From IMG/VR virus record IMGVR_UViG_3300043399_000886, positions 1 through 60,165 of that record: a stretch of 60,165 nt of DNA, one strand, 5' to 3'. How positions within the stretch are numbered: the first letter of the stretch is position 1; each line of letters opens with the position of its first letter. The position numbers were made by a program, and so were the translations under genes. The notes beneath the pieces are model-generated. The model saw only the letters and a list, made by a program, of their open reading frames with translations, was not told the DNA's origin and ran no database searches. Shown here one piece after another: positions 44,636-54,552 of this stretch. The DNA is from a virus. Taxonomy: Duplodnaviria > Caudoviricetes.

Positions 44636-45244
44636 TCAGCTTTCCTCGAAGAACTTGACGAACTCCAGCGCAACGGCGCCGTAGCCCATGCGGAGCATCA
44701 GCACGTCGGCCCGGTTGACGAGCTTGCTGTTGACGCGAATCTCGCGGATGCCGATCGCGCGCAGTGACTGCTCCGCGAAGCGGATCAAGGCCAAGGCCGC
44801 GAAGCTGCCGCGGTGCTCGGGCAGCAAGAACATGACGTCCTCGCTCGCGTACTCGGTCTGCGTGTGCAGGCTGGTGCCGATGAACATGCGCAGGTTGCCG
44901 ACCAGTCGCCGGTACTCGTCGCGCATGGTGAACTGCAGCAGGCGACCGGCGCGCTCGCGCACCAGGAAGGCCTCGTAGTCGGGATTGAGCTCGAGGCCGT
45001 GCCGATGCTTCTCGGTCTCGAGCCAGTGGACCTGGTGCAGGTGGTGCAGCTCCGCGATGATGTTGCTGAAGCGCTCCGCCTGGATCGTGTAGCGGCCGTG
45101 CTGGATGGAGTCGAACTTCGCCGGGTTGTGGGAGAGGTCGGGCTCATAGAACAACGCGGCCTCAATCGCGGCCGCGTCTTCCGGCATCAGCACCTTGCCG
45201 AGCTTCGAGGCAAGCAGCATGCGAACGTCGTCAAGCTGGGGCAT
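44636..45244 (-). CDS. GNAT acetyltransferase
   Basis: LNPDYE...FTMRD...LVG...EDVMFLLPEHRG...RMGY; AGGAGAGG RBS. Confidence 0.85.
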   Translation of the reverse strand: MPQLDDVRMLLASKLGKVLMPEDAAAIEAALFYEPDLSHNPAKFDSIQHGRYTIQAERFSNIIAELHHLHQVHWLETEKHRHGLELNPDYEAFLVRERAGRLLQFTMRDEYRRLVGNLRMFIGTSLHTQTEYASEDVMFLLPEHRGSFAALALIRFAEQSLRAIGIREIRVNSKLVNRADVLMLRMGYGAVALEFVKFFEES

Positions 45245-45283
45245 CTCGCCTCTCCTTTCGGACGGAAATTCTACCTGCCGGGT

Positions 45284-45370
45284 CAACAGTCAGTTGCGGG
45301 TTTCTTGATTCTGTGCTACGCCAGCGCGCGCTCAGCGCTGGTTTTCTGTTGCCTGGCCAACGGTTCGTTG
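45284..45370. promoter_or_regulatory. two operator-like sites and a - strand TAGAAT upstream of the GNAT/ejection operon
   Basis: CAACAGTCAGTTG (45284-45296), CAACGGTTCGTTG (45358-45370); ATTCTA at 45268-45273. Confidence 0.55.
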
Positions 45371-45400
45371 CTCTTGATCGGGTTTTGATCAGCCGCCCGA

Positions 45401-48400
45401 TCACTGCTCGACGGACTGCAGGCTGAGCGTGTTGGTCTGGATGGTCGAGTTGACGTTGGTCCAGGCCGTGAAGCGCAGCTTGTACTTGCGCGAGTCGGTC
45501 GAGTACGAGGGGTCGACGTAGGTCGCCGAGTACCCGGCCTGCTGCCGGTAGTAGCCCGGGGCCACGTCGGCCGGAGCCGGGGCCTCTTCGGCGTGGCTGC
45601 CCGTCACGTTGTAGGTCGCCACGTCCGAGTACGAGCCAGCGCCGATCGCGCGCGAGAGCACGATGGTGAAGGATGGGTTCTGCTTGGTGGTCGCGTTGTA
45701 CGAGTTCAGTCCAGCGGTCGTCCCTGGGAACGACGTGTTGCCCAGGAACGTGAAGCCCATCGTGATGGTGATCTGGTTGCCGTTGGAGGCAAACGGCCCG
45801 AGCTCGGCGATGTTCGTGTTGTCGAGGATCGATCCCTGCACCGAGTTCTTGAACACGCCAGCCAGCAGTGCGCCGCCGAAGTAGGCTCCGCCGTCGGCCT
45901 TCAGGTAGTAGACCGCGTTGGACTCCGTGCAGTTGGCCAGGTTGGTCTGGGTCGGGCCGTACCACTCGATGAACTGGTTCGAGCTGCCGAACGGCTCGCC
46001 GGAGACCTTCATGTAGGCGCCGGTCTGGGTGATGACGCGGCCGCGCGCTGTGACGTTGTTGAACTCGGCCTCGCCGCTCGACTTGATGCGCCATCCCGCC
46101 GAGCCGCTCGAGAAGTTCGACGACTGGATGTAGTCGGCCCCCAGGACGTTGCCGCCGATCGCGCCGCCGTAGGCGTAGACCAGGCCGCGCACCGTGGCGG
46201 TCGTGCCGTTGAACTCGAGCGATCGGCCCGATGAGTCGGTCGCGCCGTTGCCGATGTAGAACTTCTTGACGCCGCTGTCGTCACCCAGGAAGAAACCGTT
46301 GGCGCCGTAGGCGATGGCGCCCGAGCGCAGCTTCGGCGACTGCAGCTCGACGGCCGCGGTGATCGTGCCGGCGGTGATCTTGCCGGCAGCCAGGGTGTCG
46401 ATCTGGGCGCTCTTGATCGTGGCGTCAGCGATGAACGCCGTGTTCATCCACGTCCCGGCCGGGTACACGACGCCGCCGATCGTCTGCTGCGAGGTCAGCA
46501 CGACGAACGGGACCTTGGTGGGTGCGAGCGTGCCCAGAGGGTCGGTCGCGTCGTTGGCGCCCACGATGGCGAACCGATCGGCGCGGACGATGAATGCGCT
46601 GGTCGGCGTGCTGTCAACCGTCTGGCTCGAGAGCCCGAACCCGCTGACGTGGCCGTTGTTGTCGATCTTGACGCTGTACTGACCGAGCAGGCCCTTGTCG
46701 GTGGCCGCCCGGACCTTTGCCTCCTGGGTGAGCGCGATCTTGTAGGCCGCTGCGTTCGGGCGGCCGACCTGGATCCAGTCGATGTCGAAGACGTCCGATG
46801 CGCTGTTGCCGAGGTCGAAGCGCAGGTTGGTGATCGTGTTCGAGACCCAGTCGGACCCGCCGACCGAGAGCTCGGCCATGTTCCACTCGACCACGACCCA
46901 GGTGTCCTGCACCGTCGTGTTGGAGACGATCTTGCCCCACAGGCCGTAGTCGTGCGCCGCGGTCTTGTAGAGCAGCGTGCCCTCCCAGCCCGTGCCAGCG
47001 ATGCGCTTGATGCGCATGCGCACGATGCTGTTCTGCACGCCGTCGATCGTGAGGTTCGTGGGCGAGATGAGCTGCGGGTCGGTGCCGGCAGAGGTCACGC
47101 GCAGCGCGCCGCCAGACACCGTCAGCGCAGCGCCGGAGGCCGTGAACCCGTCAGCCGTCGTGTCGAACGTCCAGCTGGCGCCTGCGGTGAAGTCGTTTGC
47201 GTCCTCGGCGGCGGCTTGCAGCTGGGTCAACGTGCTAGCGAACGAGTCGTCGGCCGCCACACGAGCGGTGGCCTCCTGGACGATGGCAGCGGAGTTTGCG
47301 TCCAGCGACACGCCCAGCGAGGCGATCGACTGCGCCTGGTTGGCCGTCGTCTGATTGAGCTGGGTGATGGTGGACTCGACCGCTCCGACGCGGGTGTTGA
47401 GCGAGGTCGCCGTCGTCGCCTGAGTCGCTGTCGTCTCGTTGAGCGACGTGATGCTCGACTCGGCCGCCCCCATGCGCGTCGTGAGCGCAGTGATCGACGA
47501 GGCCTGCGCGGCGGTCGTGGTCTGCAGCGTCGAGACGTTCGACTCGGATGTGGCCGTCCGCGTCGAGAGCTCCTGCAGCGACTGAGCCTGGGTGGCAGTC
47601 GTGGTCTGCAGCGTACCGATGCTCGACTCGGAGGCCGCCGTCCGGGTGGTGAGAGTTGTGAGCAGCTGAGCCTGATCGGCCGTCGTGCTCTGCAGCGCGG
47701 AGATCTTCGAGTCCGAGAGGTCCGAGCGCGTCGTGAGCTCGGTAAGCTGCGAGGCCTGCAGTGCGGTCGTCTGCGTCAGCGAGTTGATGTTCGACTCGGC
47801 GCTGCCGGCGCGGGTGGTCAGGCCCGTGATCAGCGAGGCCTGCTCGGCCGTGGTCGTCGACAGCGTCGACAGCGAGGACTCGGCGTTGTCGGCGCGCGTG
47901 GTGAGCGCCAGGAGCGACGAGGCCTGCGTCGCCGTCGTCGTGTTGAGTGTCGTCAGGTTCGACTCGGCGGCGCCGGCGCGGGTCTCGAGCGACTGCAGCG
48001 ACTGGGCCTGCGTGGCAGTCGTCGTGTTGAGCGAGGTGATGCTTGACTCGGCCGCGTCGGTGCGCGTCTTGAGCTCAAGCAGGGACTGAGCCTGGGTGGC
48101 GGTCGTCTGCTGCAGCCCGGTGATGCCCGATTCGGCGTTCGTGGTGCGCGTCGACAGCGCAGTCGCGATGGAGGCTTGCTCCGCGGTGGCCGTCTGCAGC
48201 GTCGAGATCTTCGAGTCGAACTCGTCGGACTTCGCGGTGAGCGTGAACAGGGCCTGTGCATGGGTGGCCGTGGTCGTGTTGAGCGAGCTGATGCCGGACT
48301 CGGTGGCACCAACGCGGGTGGCAAGTGCCGTGCTCACCTGCGCCTGCTCGGCGGTCGTCTGCGAGAGCTGGGTGATCGTCGACTCGGAGGAGCCCACGCG

Positions 48401-50749
48401 CGTACCAAGCTCGGTGAGCGACTGCGCCTGCGTGGCGGTGACCGTCTCCAAGGTGTTGAGCTTGGAGTCGGCGCCGTCGGCGCGGGCCGTCAGCGTCGCG
48501 ATGATCTGGGCCTGGTCGGCGGTCGACGTCTGCAGCGTGCGGATGCCCGACTCCGCGTCAGCGGTGCGGAAGGTCAGCGTGAGCAGCGACGAGGCCTGCG
48601 TCGTCGTGGTCTCGTTCAGCGAGGTGATGCTCGCCTTGGCCTCGCCCATCTGCGTGGTGAGCTCGGTCAAGGACTGCGCCTGAAGCGCCGTCGTGCTCTG
48701 CAGGTTGGTGATGTTCGACTCGGTGGCGCCCACGCGGGTGCCGAGCGTGGTCGTGATCACGGCCTGCTCGGAGGTCGTGGTCTGCAGGTTCGCGATGTTC
48801 GACTCGGCGAGCGCGGCCTTGGTCGACAGCGTCACCGCGATCTGCGACTGCTCGGCGGTGACGGTGCGCAGGTCGGAGATGTTCGACTCGTTCACGCCGG
48901 TGCGGAACGACAGCGCATCGAGCGTTGAAGCCTGGGTGGCCGTGGTCGTGTTGATCTGCGAGATGCTCGACTCGGCGCCTGCGACACGGGTCGTGAGCGT
49001 GAGCAGCGACTGCGACTGGTCGGCCGTCGTGGTGAACAGCGAGGAGATGTTCGACTCTGACAGGCCGACGCGCGTCGACAGGTTGGTCGCGATCTGGGCC
49101 TGCTCAGCCGTGGCCGTCTGCAGGGTGCTCACTTTCGACTCGGCGTCACCCATGCGGGCGGCGAGCGCGAGCGAGTACGTCGCCTGGTCGGCGGTCGTGG
49201 TGAACAAGCCGGCGATCGAGGTCTCGGCCGCCGCGGTGCGCGTGAGCAGGTTCGTGGAGACGGTGGCCTGCTCCGCCGTCACCGTCTCCAGCGAGGTGAT
49301 CTTCGACTGCGCGGAGTCCGAGGCCGCCTGCAGCGCCAGCAGCTGGGTAGCCTGCGCGCCGGTCACCGTCGACAGCGTGGTGAGGCTCGACTCGGTGCCA
49401 CTGACACGCGCTGCCAGGGTCGTGCGCAGCGAGGCCTCGGCGCTGATGGCATCCGCCCGGGTGATCGCCTCCTGCTGGATCGCCGCGGCGTTGTCGGCCG
49501 TGCTCGCGGTGATCGTGGTGACCTGGGAGTAGAGCGACTCGAGCGCGCTCTGGCGGGCGTTGGTCTCGACCGAGATGGCTGCGCCACGGGCGGCCGCCTC
49601 ATCGAGCAGGCCCTGCGCGCGGGCGGCGGACTCGGCCTGGATCGCGGCGGCTCGGGCCGTCTGCTCGGCGACGATGTTCGCGGAGACCTGGGCCAGGCTC
49701 GTAGTGGTCGACGCCGCGAGCGCCTGCCGGGCGATGGACTCTGCGGTGACCGCGGCGATGCGGGCGGTCTGCTCGGCAATCAAGTCGGCGGCTGACTGCT
49801 CGAGCCTCGTCGTCGTCGAGTTGGCCAGGGCCACGCGTGCCGCAGCCTCAGCGGCGATGGCGGCGTTGCGTGCGGCAGCCTCCTCCGCCACAGACTCGAT
49901 GCGGTCTGCCGTCTCGCTGGCCAGGTCCTTCGCGACCTGGCGCACATCGGACGCCGTCTGCGTGGCCTGGGAGATCCGCTCGGAGGTCTCGGCCTTCAGC
50001 GAGGAGCTCGCGCGCGTGACCTGCGACTCCAGTCCGCGGCGCGCGACGTCAAGCAGCTGCAGGGCCTCCTGGGCCCGCGTGTTGTCGAGCTCGAGCTGGT
50101 GGATCCGCTCGCCCAGGTCCTGCGCCAGCGAGCTGCCGACGATCTCCTCGCGCAGCGCCTCGATGCGCCGCTCGACGTCGAGCGAGGTCTTGGCGAACGT
50201 GCCCGAGGTCAGGTTGTAGGCGCCCTTGATGCTCGCCTGGGAGACGAACCGCACCCAGTAGTAGCAGGACCGCTCGGAGCCGACCTCGTCAGTGTAGAGG
50301 GTGCCCACCGTCGTGCCGATCAGCACGGCCGAGCCGAGCTCGTCGAGGGTGTTGCGCCAGACCTCGGTGTAGGCGTGATTGCGGTAGTTGTTGCCCGACC
50401 AGGACAGGAACACCGAGGAGTAGCCGCCCACCGCGATCAGGTCGACCGGCCGCGGCGGCGTCGTCATGTCGGCCGCGCCGTTGTACCCGTCCGTGATCGT
50501 GGCGCCGCCACCCAGGCCAGGCACGACGACGACCGGAATCTCGCCGGCGCCGCCCACGCCTGTGGTGGGCGTACTGCCGTCGCTCGAGACGACGCCCAGC
50601 GCCTGGAGTTCGCGGTACGTGACGGCCTGGTCAAGCGGATCGCCGAGGCGGCCTTCGCGCACCTCGATCGTCTGCTTGATCGCCGAGACGACGGAGAGGA
50701 TGTTCCCGGCGGTGACGTCGGGAATCGCGGGGACTCGGGTTTCCCTCAT
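45401..50749 (-). CDS. tail fibre / host-specificity protein (FN3-like N-terminus, long coiled coil, DUF1983-like)
   Basis: YTEVWR...YYWVRFVS; about 25 x 28-aa T/S/A/Q repeats; CBM-like WIQVGR module; YSVKIDNNGHVSGFGL...FIVRADRFAI. Confidence 0.85.
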   Translation of the reverse strand: MRETRVPAIPDVTAGNILSVVSAIKQTIEVREGRLGDPLDQAVTYRELQALGVVSSDGSTPTTGVGGAGEIPVVVVPGLGGGATITDGYNGAADMTTPPRPVDLIAVGGYSSVFLSWSGNNYRNHAYTEVWRNTLDELGSAVLIGTTVGTLYTDEVGSERSCYYWVRFVSQASIKGAYNLTSGTFAKTSLDVERRIEALREEIVGSSLAQDLGERIHQLELDNTRAQEALQLLDVARRGLESQVTRASSSLKAETSERISQATQTASDVRQVAKDLASETADRIESVAEEAAARNAAIAAEAAARVALANSTTTRLEQSAADLIAEQTARIAAVTAESIARQALAASTTTSLAQVSANIVAEQTARAAAIQAESAARAQGLLDEAAARGAAISVETNARQSALESLYSQVTTITASTADNAAAIQQEAITRADAISAEASLRTTLAARVSGTESSLTTLSTVTGAQATQLLALQAASDSAQSKITSLETVTAEQATVSTNLLTRTAAAETSIAGLFTTTADQATYSLALAARMGDAESKVSTLQTATAEQAQIATNLSTRVGLSESNISSLFTTTADQSQSLLTLTTRVAGAESSISQINTTTATQASTLDALSFRTGVNESNISDLRTVTAEQSQIAVTLSTKAALAESNIANLQTTTSEQAVITTTLGTRVGATESNITNLQSTTALQAQSLTELTTQMGEAKASITSLNETTTTQASSLLTLTFRTADAESGIRTLQTSTADQAQIIATLTARADGADSKLNTLETVTATQAQSLTELGTRVGSSESTITQLSQTTAEQAQVSTALATRVGATESGISSLNTTTATHAQALFTLTAKSDEFDSKISTLQTATAEQASIATALSTRTTNAESGITGLQQTTATQAQSLLELKTRTDAAESSITSLNTTTATQAQSLQSLETRAGAAESNLTTLNTTTATQASSLLALTTRADNAESSLSTLSTTTAEQASLITGLTTRAGSAESNINSLTQTTALQASQLTELTTRSDLSDSKISALQSTTADQAQLLTTLTTRTAASESSIGTLQTTTATQAQSLQELSTRTATSESNVSTLQTTTAAQASSITALTTRMGAAESSITSLNETTATQATTATSLNTRVGAVESTITQLNQTTANQAQSIASLGVSLDANSAAIVQEATARVAADDSFASTLTQLQAAAEDANDFTAGASWTFDTTADGFTASGAALTVSGGALRVTSAGTDPQLISPTNLTIDGVQNSIVRMRIKRIAGTGWEGTLLYKTAAHDYGLWGKIVSNTTVQDTWVVVEWNMAELSVGGSDWVSNTITNLRFDLGNSASDVFDIDWIQVGRPNAAAYKIALTQEAKVRAATDKGLLGQYSVKIDNNGHVSGFGLSSQTVDSTPTSAFIVRADRFAIVGANDATDPLGTLAPTKVPFVVLTSQQTIGGVVYPAGTWMNTAFIADATIKSAQIDTLAAGKITAGTITAAVELQSPKLRSGAIAYGANGFFLGDDSGVKKFYIGNGATDSSGRSLEFNGTTATVRGLVYAYGGAIGGNVLGADYIQSSNFSSGSAGWRIKSSGEAEFNNVTARGRVITQTGAYMKVSGEPFGSSNQFIEWYGPTQTNLANCTESNAVYYLKADGGAYFGGALLAGVFKNSVQGSILDNTNIAELGPFASNGNQITITMGFTFLGNTSFPGTTAGLNSYNATTKQNPSFTIVLSRAIGAGSYSDVATYNVTGSHAEEAPAPADVAPGYYRQQAGYSATYVDPSYSTDSRKYKLRFTAWTNVNSTIQTNTLSLQSVEQ

Positions 50750-53532
50750 GCTGACATCAGCTCCGAAACGGAGGTGCAGACGTTGATCTCCGTCACCTCG
50801 TTGGTGCCTGAGACCTCGAACACCCAGTCGACGGCCTTGAACCCGCCGGGCAGCCGGAAGAACTCATCCGAGCTGACCGTCTGCGTGACCTTGAGCACGC
50901 CGTCAGCGTAGGCCTTGAACGTGACCGGGTAGGCCAGGGCGCGCACCTGGGCGAGCGTGAAGTTCGCATGGTGCGGCAGACGGAACACCTTCGAGCGCCA
51001 GGTGTACGTCGCGCTCGTGCCGGCGTCGAAGCGCACGATGTTGCCGCCCTGTGCCAGGTACAGCGTGTCGGTGGAGGCATCCTGGTAGCCCGCGGTGACG
51101 GCGACGGTCTTGGGCAGGTCGCTCAGCGTGAGCACCGCACCCTGGCCGCTGAAGTCCAGAATCATCAGCCCGCGCACGCTCTGCGCGTCGGTGTAGAACA
51201 CATGGTAGCGCCCGTTGTGCAAGTACACCTGCATTGTCGACGGCGAATAGTTCAGCCACTGCTCGCGGGAGAACAAAGTCTTCGTCAACACGGTGATGCC
51301 GCCGGCGCCGATCGACACCAGGCCGTCGGGTGAGGCGTAGACCACGCCGTCGCCAGCCTCGACGATGGATCGCTTCGACGAGCACGCCTGCTTGAGCTCG
51401 AGCTTGCGGGTGGCCATAGCCGCCGGGTCGATGCCCTCGATCAGGTACGGGACCGAGCGCGTGAGCACGACGACGGCCTGGCCGAAGGTGCCGATGCCGA
51501 CGATCTCGTCGGGCACCGAGTACGAGTGCGGCCAGGCGTGCGGCAGGTTCGGCTCCGACATCCACACCGAGTTGCCGACGAACCCCACGGCCACGCCGTT
51601 GGCCATCATGCGCAGGCCCTTGAGGCCATCGGGTGGCGCCGTCCAGTCCTCCGACGGCAGCACCTCGCCCAGGTTCGCCTGCTTGACGGCATCGGTGTAG
51701 CTCGTCGTGGCGACCGGCACCTCGGCCACGTACTGGAACTGGGTCTGCCCGTTGGCCGCGGTGGAGCTGCGGTACAGGCGCTTGATGGTGATGTTGTAGG
51801 CGCCTGCAGGCGCGCCGCCTGGCAGCGACACGGTCACCGACTGGGTCGCATCGATCGACGCCGACGCCGAGGCGGCCGAGGGCGGACCCTCTTCTCCGTA
51901 GGCCGTGACGTAGGTGTAGACGTAGGTGCGCACCTCCGGCACGACCGAGGAGGGGATCGTGGCCGAGCCGGCGACCGACTCGGTCGGCGACGGCGGCAGG
52001 TCGCGGATGCCTGATGGCATGGCCGCACCCAGACCCACGTCGGCGATCTTGTCGGAGAACGTCGTGGTCTGGATCGGGTTGTCGGCGACCTTCTTGTAGT
52101 TGGCGTCGCTCGAGGTGATCGAGCCGCCGGAGACGGTCACCGTCTGCCGGTACAGGCGCCGCAGCGTCGCCCCGCTTGGCGCAGTCTCGGTGTGACGCAC
52201 GGTCACGGTGGTCGCGCCGTCGATGGCCTCGATCACGCCACTCGCCGGGCTCGGCGAGGACTCGTTGCCCGAGGCGTCGACGAACGTCACCGCGTAGATG
52301 CGCTTGGCCGGCGTGACCGCGGTCGAGGTGTTGACCGAGGCGGTCGGAGTCGAGGTCGGCTTGACGGTGTCCGGAGCGTCCTGGTTGAGCTGTGGGAAGC
52401 CGATCGACACATGGCTGGTGGGCAGCACGTCAGAGAACGTGCTCGACGACGTCTCGCCCACGAAGCGGAAGACGCTGTCGTTGCGAATGGCCGCGCCGAT
52501 GGCGTCGACCCAGGATCCGCCCACGTCGCTCACCACCGCCTTGCGGTAGACACGGAACATGGTGCCGGAGCTCGGCGTCGTGCCGGCCGCAGAGAGCCCG
52601 CTCAGCGTCACGGTCTGCGTCTGGTCGGCGTTGACCGTGACCGGCGCGCTCGGCGCCGACTCGGCGTAGTAGTTGTCCTGCAGCGAGTCGCCCGAGCCAG
52701 TCTGCGTCCACACGTTCTTGACCGTGTAGACGTAGCTGTACTGCTTCGCTTCGCCGGTGTAGTTGACGACGTCGGCCGCGGCGATCGGCGCGCTCGTGGG
52801 CGCGGTGGGCCGGGCCTCGACGCCGGTGGGCAGCGCTGTGGCGCCTGCCAGCGAGGCGTCGGTCGCCTCGTCCTTGTAGGTGGCGACCGTGACGTCGAGC
52901 TCGGCAATGCGGCGGAACGTCGCTCCGACCTTGCGGTAGAGGCGCTTCTTGGTGATGCCGGCGTCGCCGCCGTTGCCGGTGGGCAGAGTCAGGGTGACCG
53001 GCTGACCGTCCACGCCCTTGACCGTGAGCACTGCACTCGCAGACGACTCCTTGGTCGAGGACGGCTTGTAGTACGTCATCACGTACTGCCGGTCGACCGC
53101 GGTGTAGGTCGCAGGCGCGGTGTAGCCTGTCACCGAGGGCGCCGTGGCCGGCGCAGGCACGCCGAGCAGGTAGCTGCCGCCAGGGTAGCTGCCGCCGGAG
53201 AGCACGACGTCGTTGGCGCCGTACTTGGGCTTGGCGCCGTCGCTCCAGTACACGCGATCCCACTGGTCCTGGACGATCGGCGAGCGCATCACGTCGACGT
53301 CGCCGGCGAACTCGAGCCAGTAGTTCGACTCGTTCGAGCTCGAGCCGAAGCGGTAGATGGTCTGCGGCAGCGTGGTGGTCGTCGCCTTGAGCGTCGTGGT
53401 GCCTCGCATGGCCGCAATCGCCCCCGAGATCAGGCGCACGTTCTGCGCGAGCTGAGCCTCGTTGGGCTGCAGCTGCAGCGGGTGCGCGATGGGGCGCATC
53501 CCGTTGAAGCTCTTGATCGTCACGGCAACCAT
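50746..53532 (-). CDS. tail tubular/stabilisation-like structural protein (928 aa)
   Basis: F.GMRP...P..L...EAQ.A.N N-terminus; four Y.YT....E..PS beta modules; SEPNLPHAWP; WRSK.F. Confidence 0.75.
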   Translation of the reverse strand: MVAVTIKSFNGMRPIAHPLQLQPNEAQLAQNVRLISGAIAAMRGTTTLKATTTTLPQTIYRFGSSSNESNYWLEFAGDVDVMRSPIVQDQWDRVYWSDGAKPKYGANDVVLSGGSYPGGSYLLGVPAPATAPSVTGYTAPATYTAVDRQYVMTYYKPSSTKESSASAVLTVKGVDGQPVTLTLPTGNGGDAGITKKRLYRKVGATFRRIAELDVTVATYKDEATDASLAGATALPTGVEARPTAPTSAPIAAADVVNYTGEAKQYSYVYTVKNVWTQTGSGDSLQDNYYAESAPSAPVTVNADQTQTVTLSGLSAAGTTPSSGTMFRVYRKAVVSDVGGSWVDAIGAAIRNDSVFRFVGETSSSTFSDVLPTSHVSIGFPQLNQDAPDTVKPTSTPTASVNTSTAVTPAKRIYAVTFVDASGNESSPSPASGVIEAIDGATTVTVRHTETAPSGATLRRLYRQTVTVSGGSITSSDANYKKVADNPIQTTTFSDKIADVGLGAAMPSGIRDLPPSPTESVAGSATIPSSVVPEVRTYVYTYVTAYGEEGPPSAASASASIDATQSVTVSLPGGAPAGAYNITIKRLYRSSTAANGQTQFQYVAEVPVATTSYTDAVKQANLGEVLPSEDWTAPPDGLKGLRMMANGVAVGFVGNSVWMSEPNLPHAWPHSYSVPDEIVGIGTFGQAVVVLTRSVPYLIEGIDPAAMATRKLELKQACSSKRSIVEAGDGVVYASPDGLVSIGAGGITVLTKTLFSREQWLNYSPSTMQVYLHNGRYHVFYTDAQSVRGLMILDFSGQGAVLTLSDLPKTVAVTAGYQDASTDTLYLAQGGNIVRFDAGTSATYTWRSKVFRLPHHANFTLAQVRALAYPVTFKAYADGVLKVTQTVSSDEFFRLPGGFKAVDWVFEVSGTNEVTEINVCTSVSELMSA

Positions 53533-53542
53533 GTCGGGGTCC

Positions 53543-54031
53543 TTACGGGGTCACTGGCAATCGGCAGACGCCGGAGACGTACGACTGCAATCCTTCGGCG
53601 GTGACAGCAAGTCGATCACCTGCTGCTTGGCCTTCTCGAAGAAGGTCTGCACCCTCTGCGAGTAGCTCTGCCAGTCGGTCACGCTGTCGGATGACATCAG
53701 CGCAGCCGGCGGCGGGGGTATCTCTGGGGGCGGTGCTGGCAAGCGCGGCGAGTTGCTTGCGCAGGCCGTCAGACTCAGCGCGCAGAGCATCAGCGCGCCT
53801 CTGCGCATCGCGGAGCTTCGTGACGGTGGCATGGTCGACCCCCTCGGTGATGATGACGCGGTCGCCGTGATCGGCTCGCGCACGCTGCTCGGCCTCGTAC
53901 ACCAGGCGCGCCAGGTTGGACTTGCCGTCGCGCACGCCAGCCTCGTAGACCCAGTGCAGGGCCCACAGGCCCAGGCCGACCAACACGACCGCCAGGACGG
54001 CGCGGACGATGATGGCGGGCGCGAAGTTCAT
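53543..54031 (-). CDS. i-spanin (Rz-like)
   Basis: N-terminal TM, coiled coil, GLQSYV; follows endolysin. Confidence 0.8.
   Translation of the reverse strand: MNFAPAIIVRAVLAVVLVGLGLWALHWVYEAGVRDGKSNLARLVYEAEQRARADHGDRVIITEGVDHATVTKLRDAQRRADALRAESDGLRKQLAALASTAPRDTPAAGCADVIRQRDRLAELLAEGADLLREGQAAGDRLAVTAEGLQSYVSGVCRLPVTP
53551..53808 (-). CDS. o-spanin (Rz1-like lipoprotein), embedded in Rz
   Basis: MRRGALMLCALSLTAC lipobox followed by a Pro-rich segment. Confidence 0.7.
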   Translation of the reverse strand: MRRGALMLCALSLTACASNSPRLPAPPPEIPPPPAALMSSDSVTDWQSYSQRVQTFFEKAKQQVIDLLSPPKDCSRTSPASADCQ

Positions 54032-54552
54032 CAGTCACCCTTGGCCGCGGCCAGGCACTCGTCGCGACGCTTCAGGTTGCGCAGCCACACTCCCTTGCAG
54101 CCGCCCGGCCCCCAGTGCTGAGGCAGCGAGCAGTCGCGGCCCTGGGAGAAGCGGTACTTGGTGTAGGCCTGGCAGGCCTGCTCGTAATCGCCGGCGTTGA
54201 TGTGACGCACCATCGACGAGTTGCAGGTCGCCGTCACGCCGTACTGGTAGGTGAAGTCCACCAACACGTCGTACTCGGCCTGCAGCAGCGCGCCCGTGAC
54301 GCAGCGCTTGATCCCGTTCTCATCCTTCTGGATGTGCGCGAGCGTGCGCTTGAGCGCCTGCGGCGGCGTGATGGCGTCACCCATCTGCACCGGCGTGCCG
54401 TCGTCCCTGAAGGTCGAGCCGAACCCCACCGTGGGCCGATCGCCCTTGGTGGGGACGATCGCCAGGTCGGTGTAGCCCTCGCTGAGCGCAAGGCCAACGA
54501 GCGCCGCCGCCGACACGCTCAGGCCGGCGATGGCGCGACGAGAGAGGGCCAT
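54031..54552 (-). CDS. GH24 lysozyme endolysin, likely SAR type
   Basis: Weakly hydrophobic N-terminal helix then EGY...GD.PTVGFG; YD.LVDF.Y..G; RR..C. Confidence 0.9.
   Translation of the reverse strand: MALSRRAIAGLSVSAAALVGLALSEGYTDLAIVPTKGDRPTVGFGSTFRDDGTPVQMGDAITPPQALKRTLAHIQKDENGIKRCVTGALLQAEYDVLVDFTYQYGVTATCNSSMVRHINAGDYEQACQAYTKYRFSQGRDCSLPQHWGPGGCKGVWLRNLKRRDECLAAAKGD

Noticed and set aside
45320-45346. Hairpin CCAGCGC...GCGCTGG followed by TTTT
   Set aside because: Terminator polarity is + strand while all local genes are - strand; function unsupported
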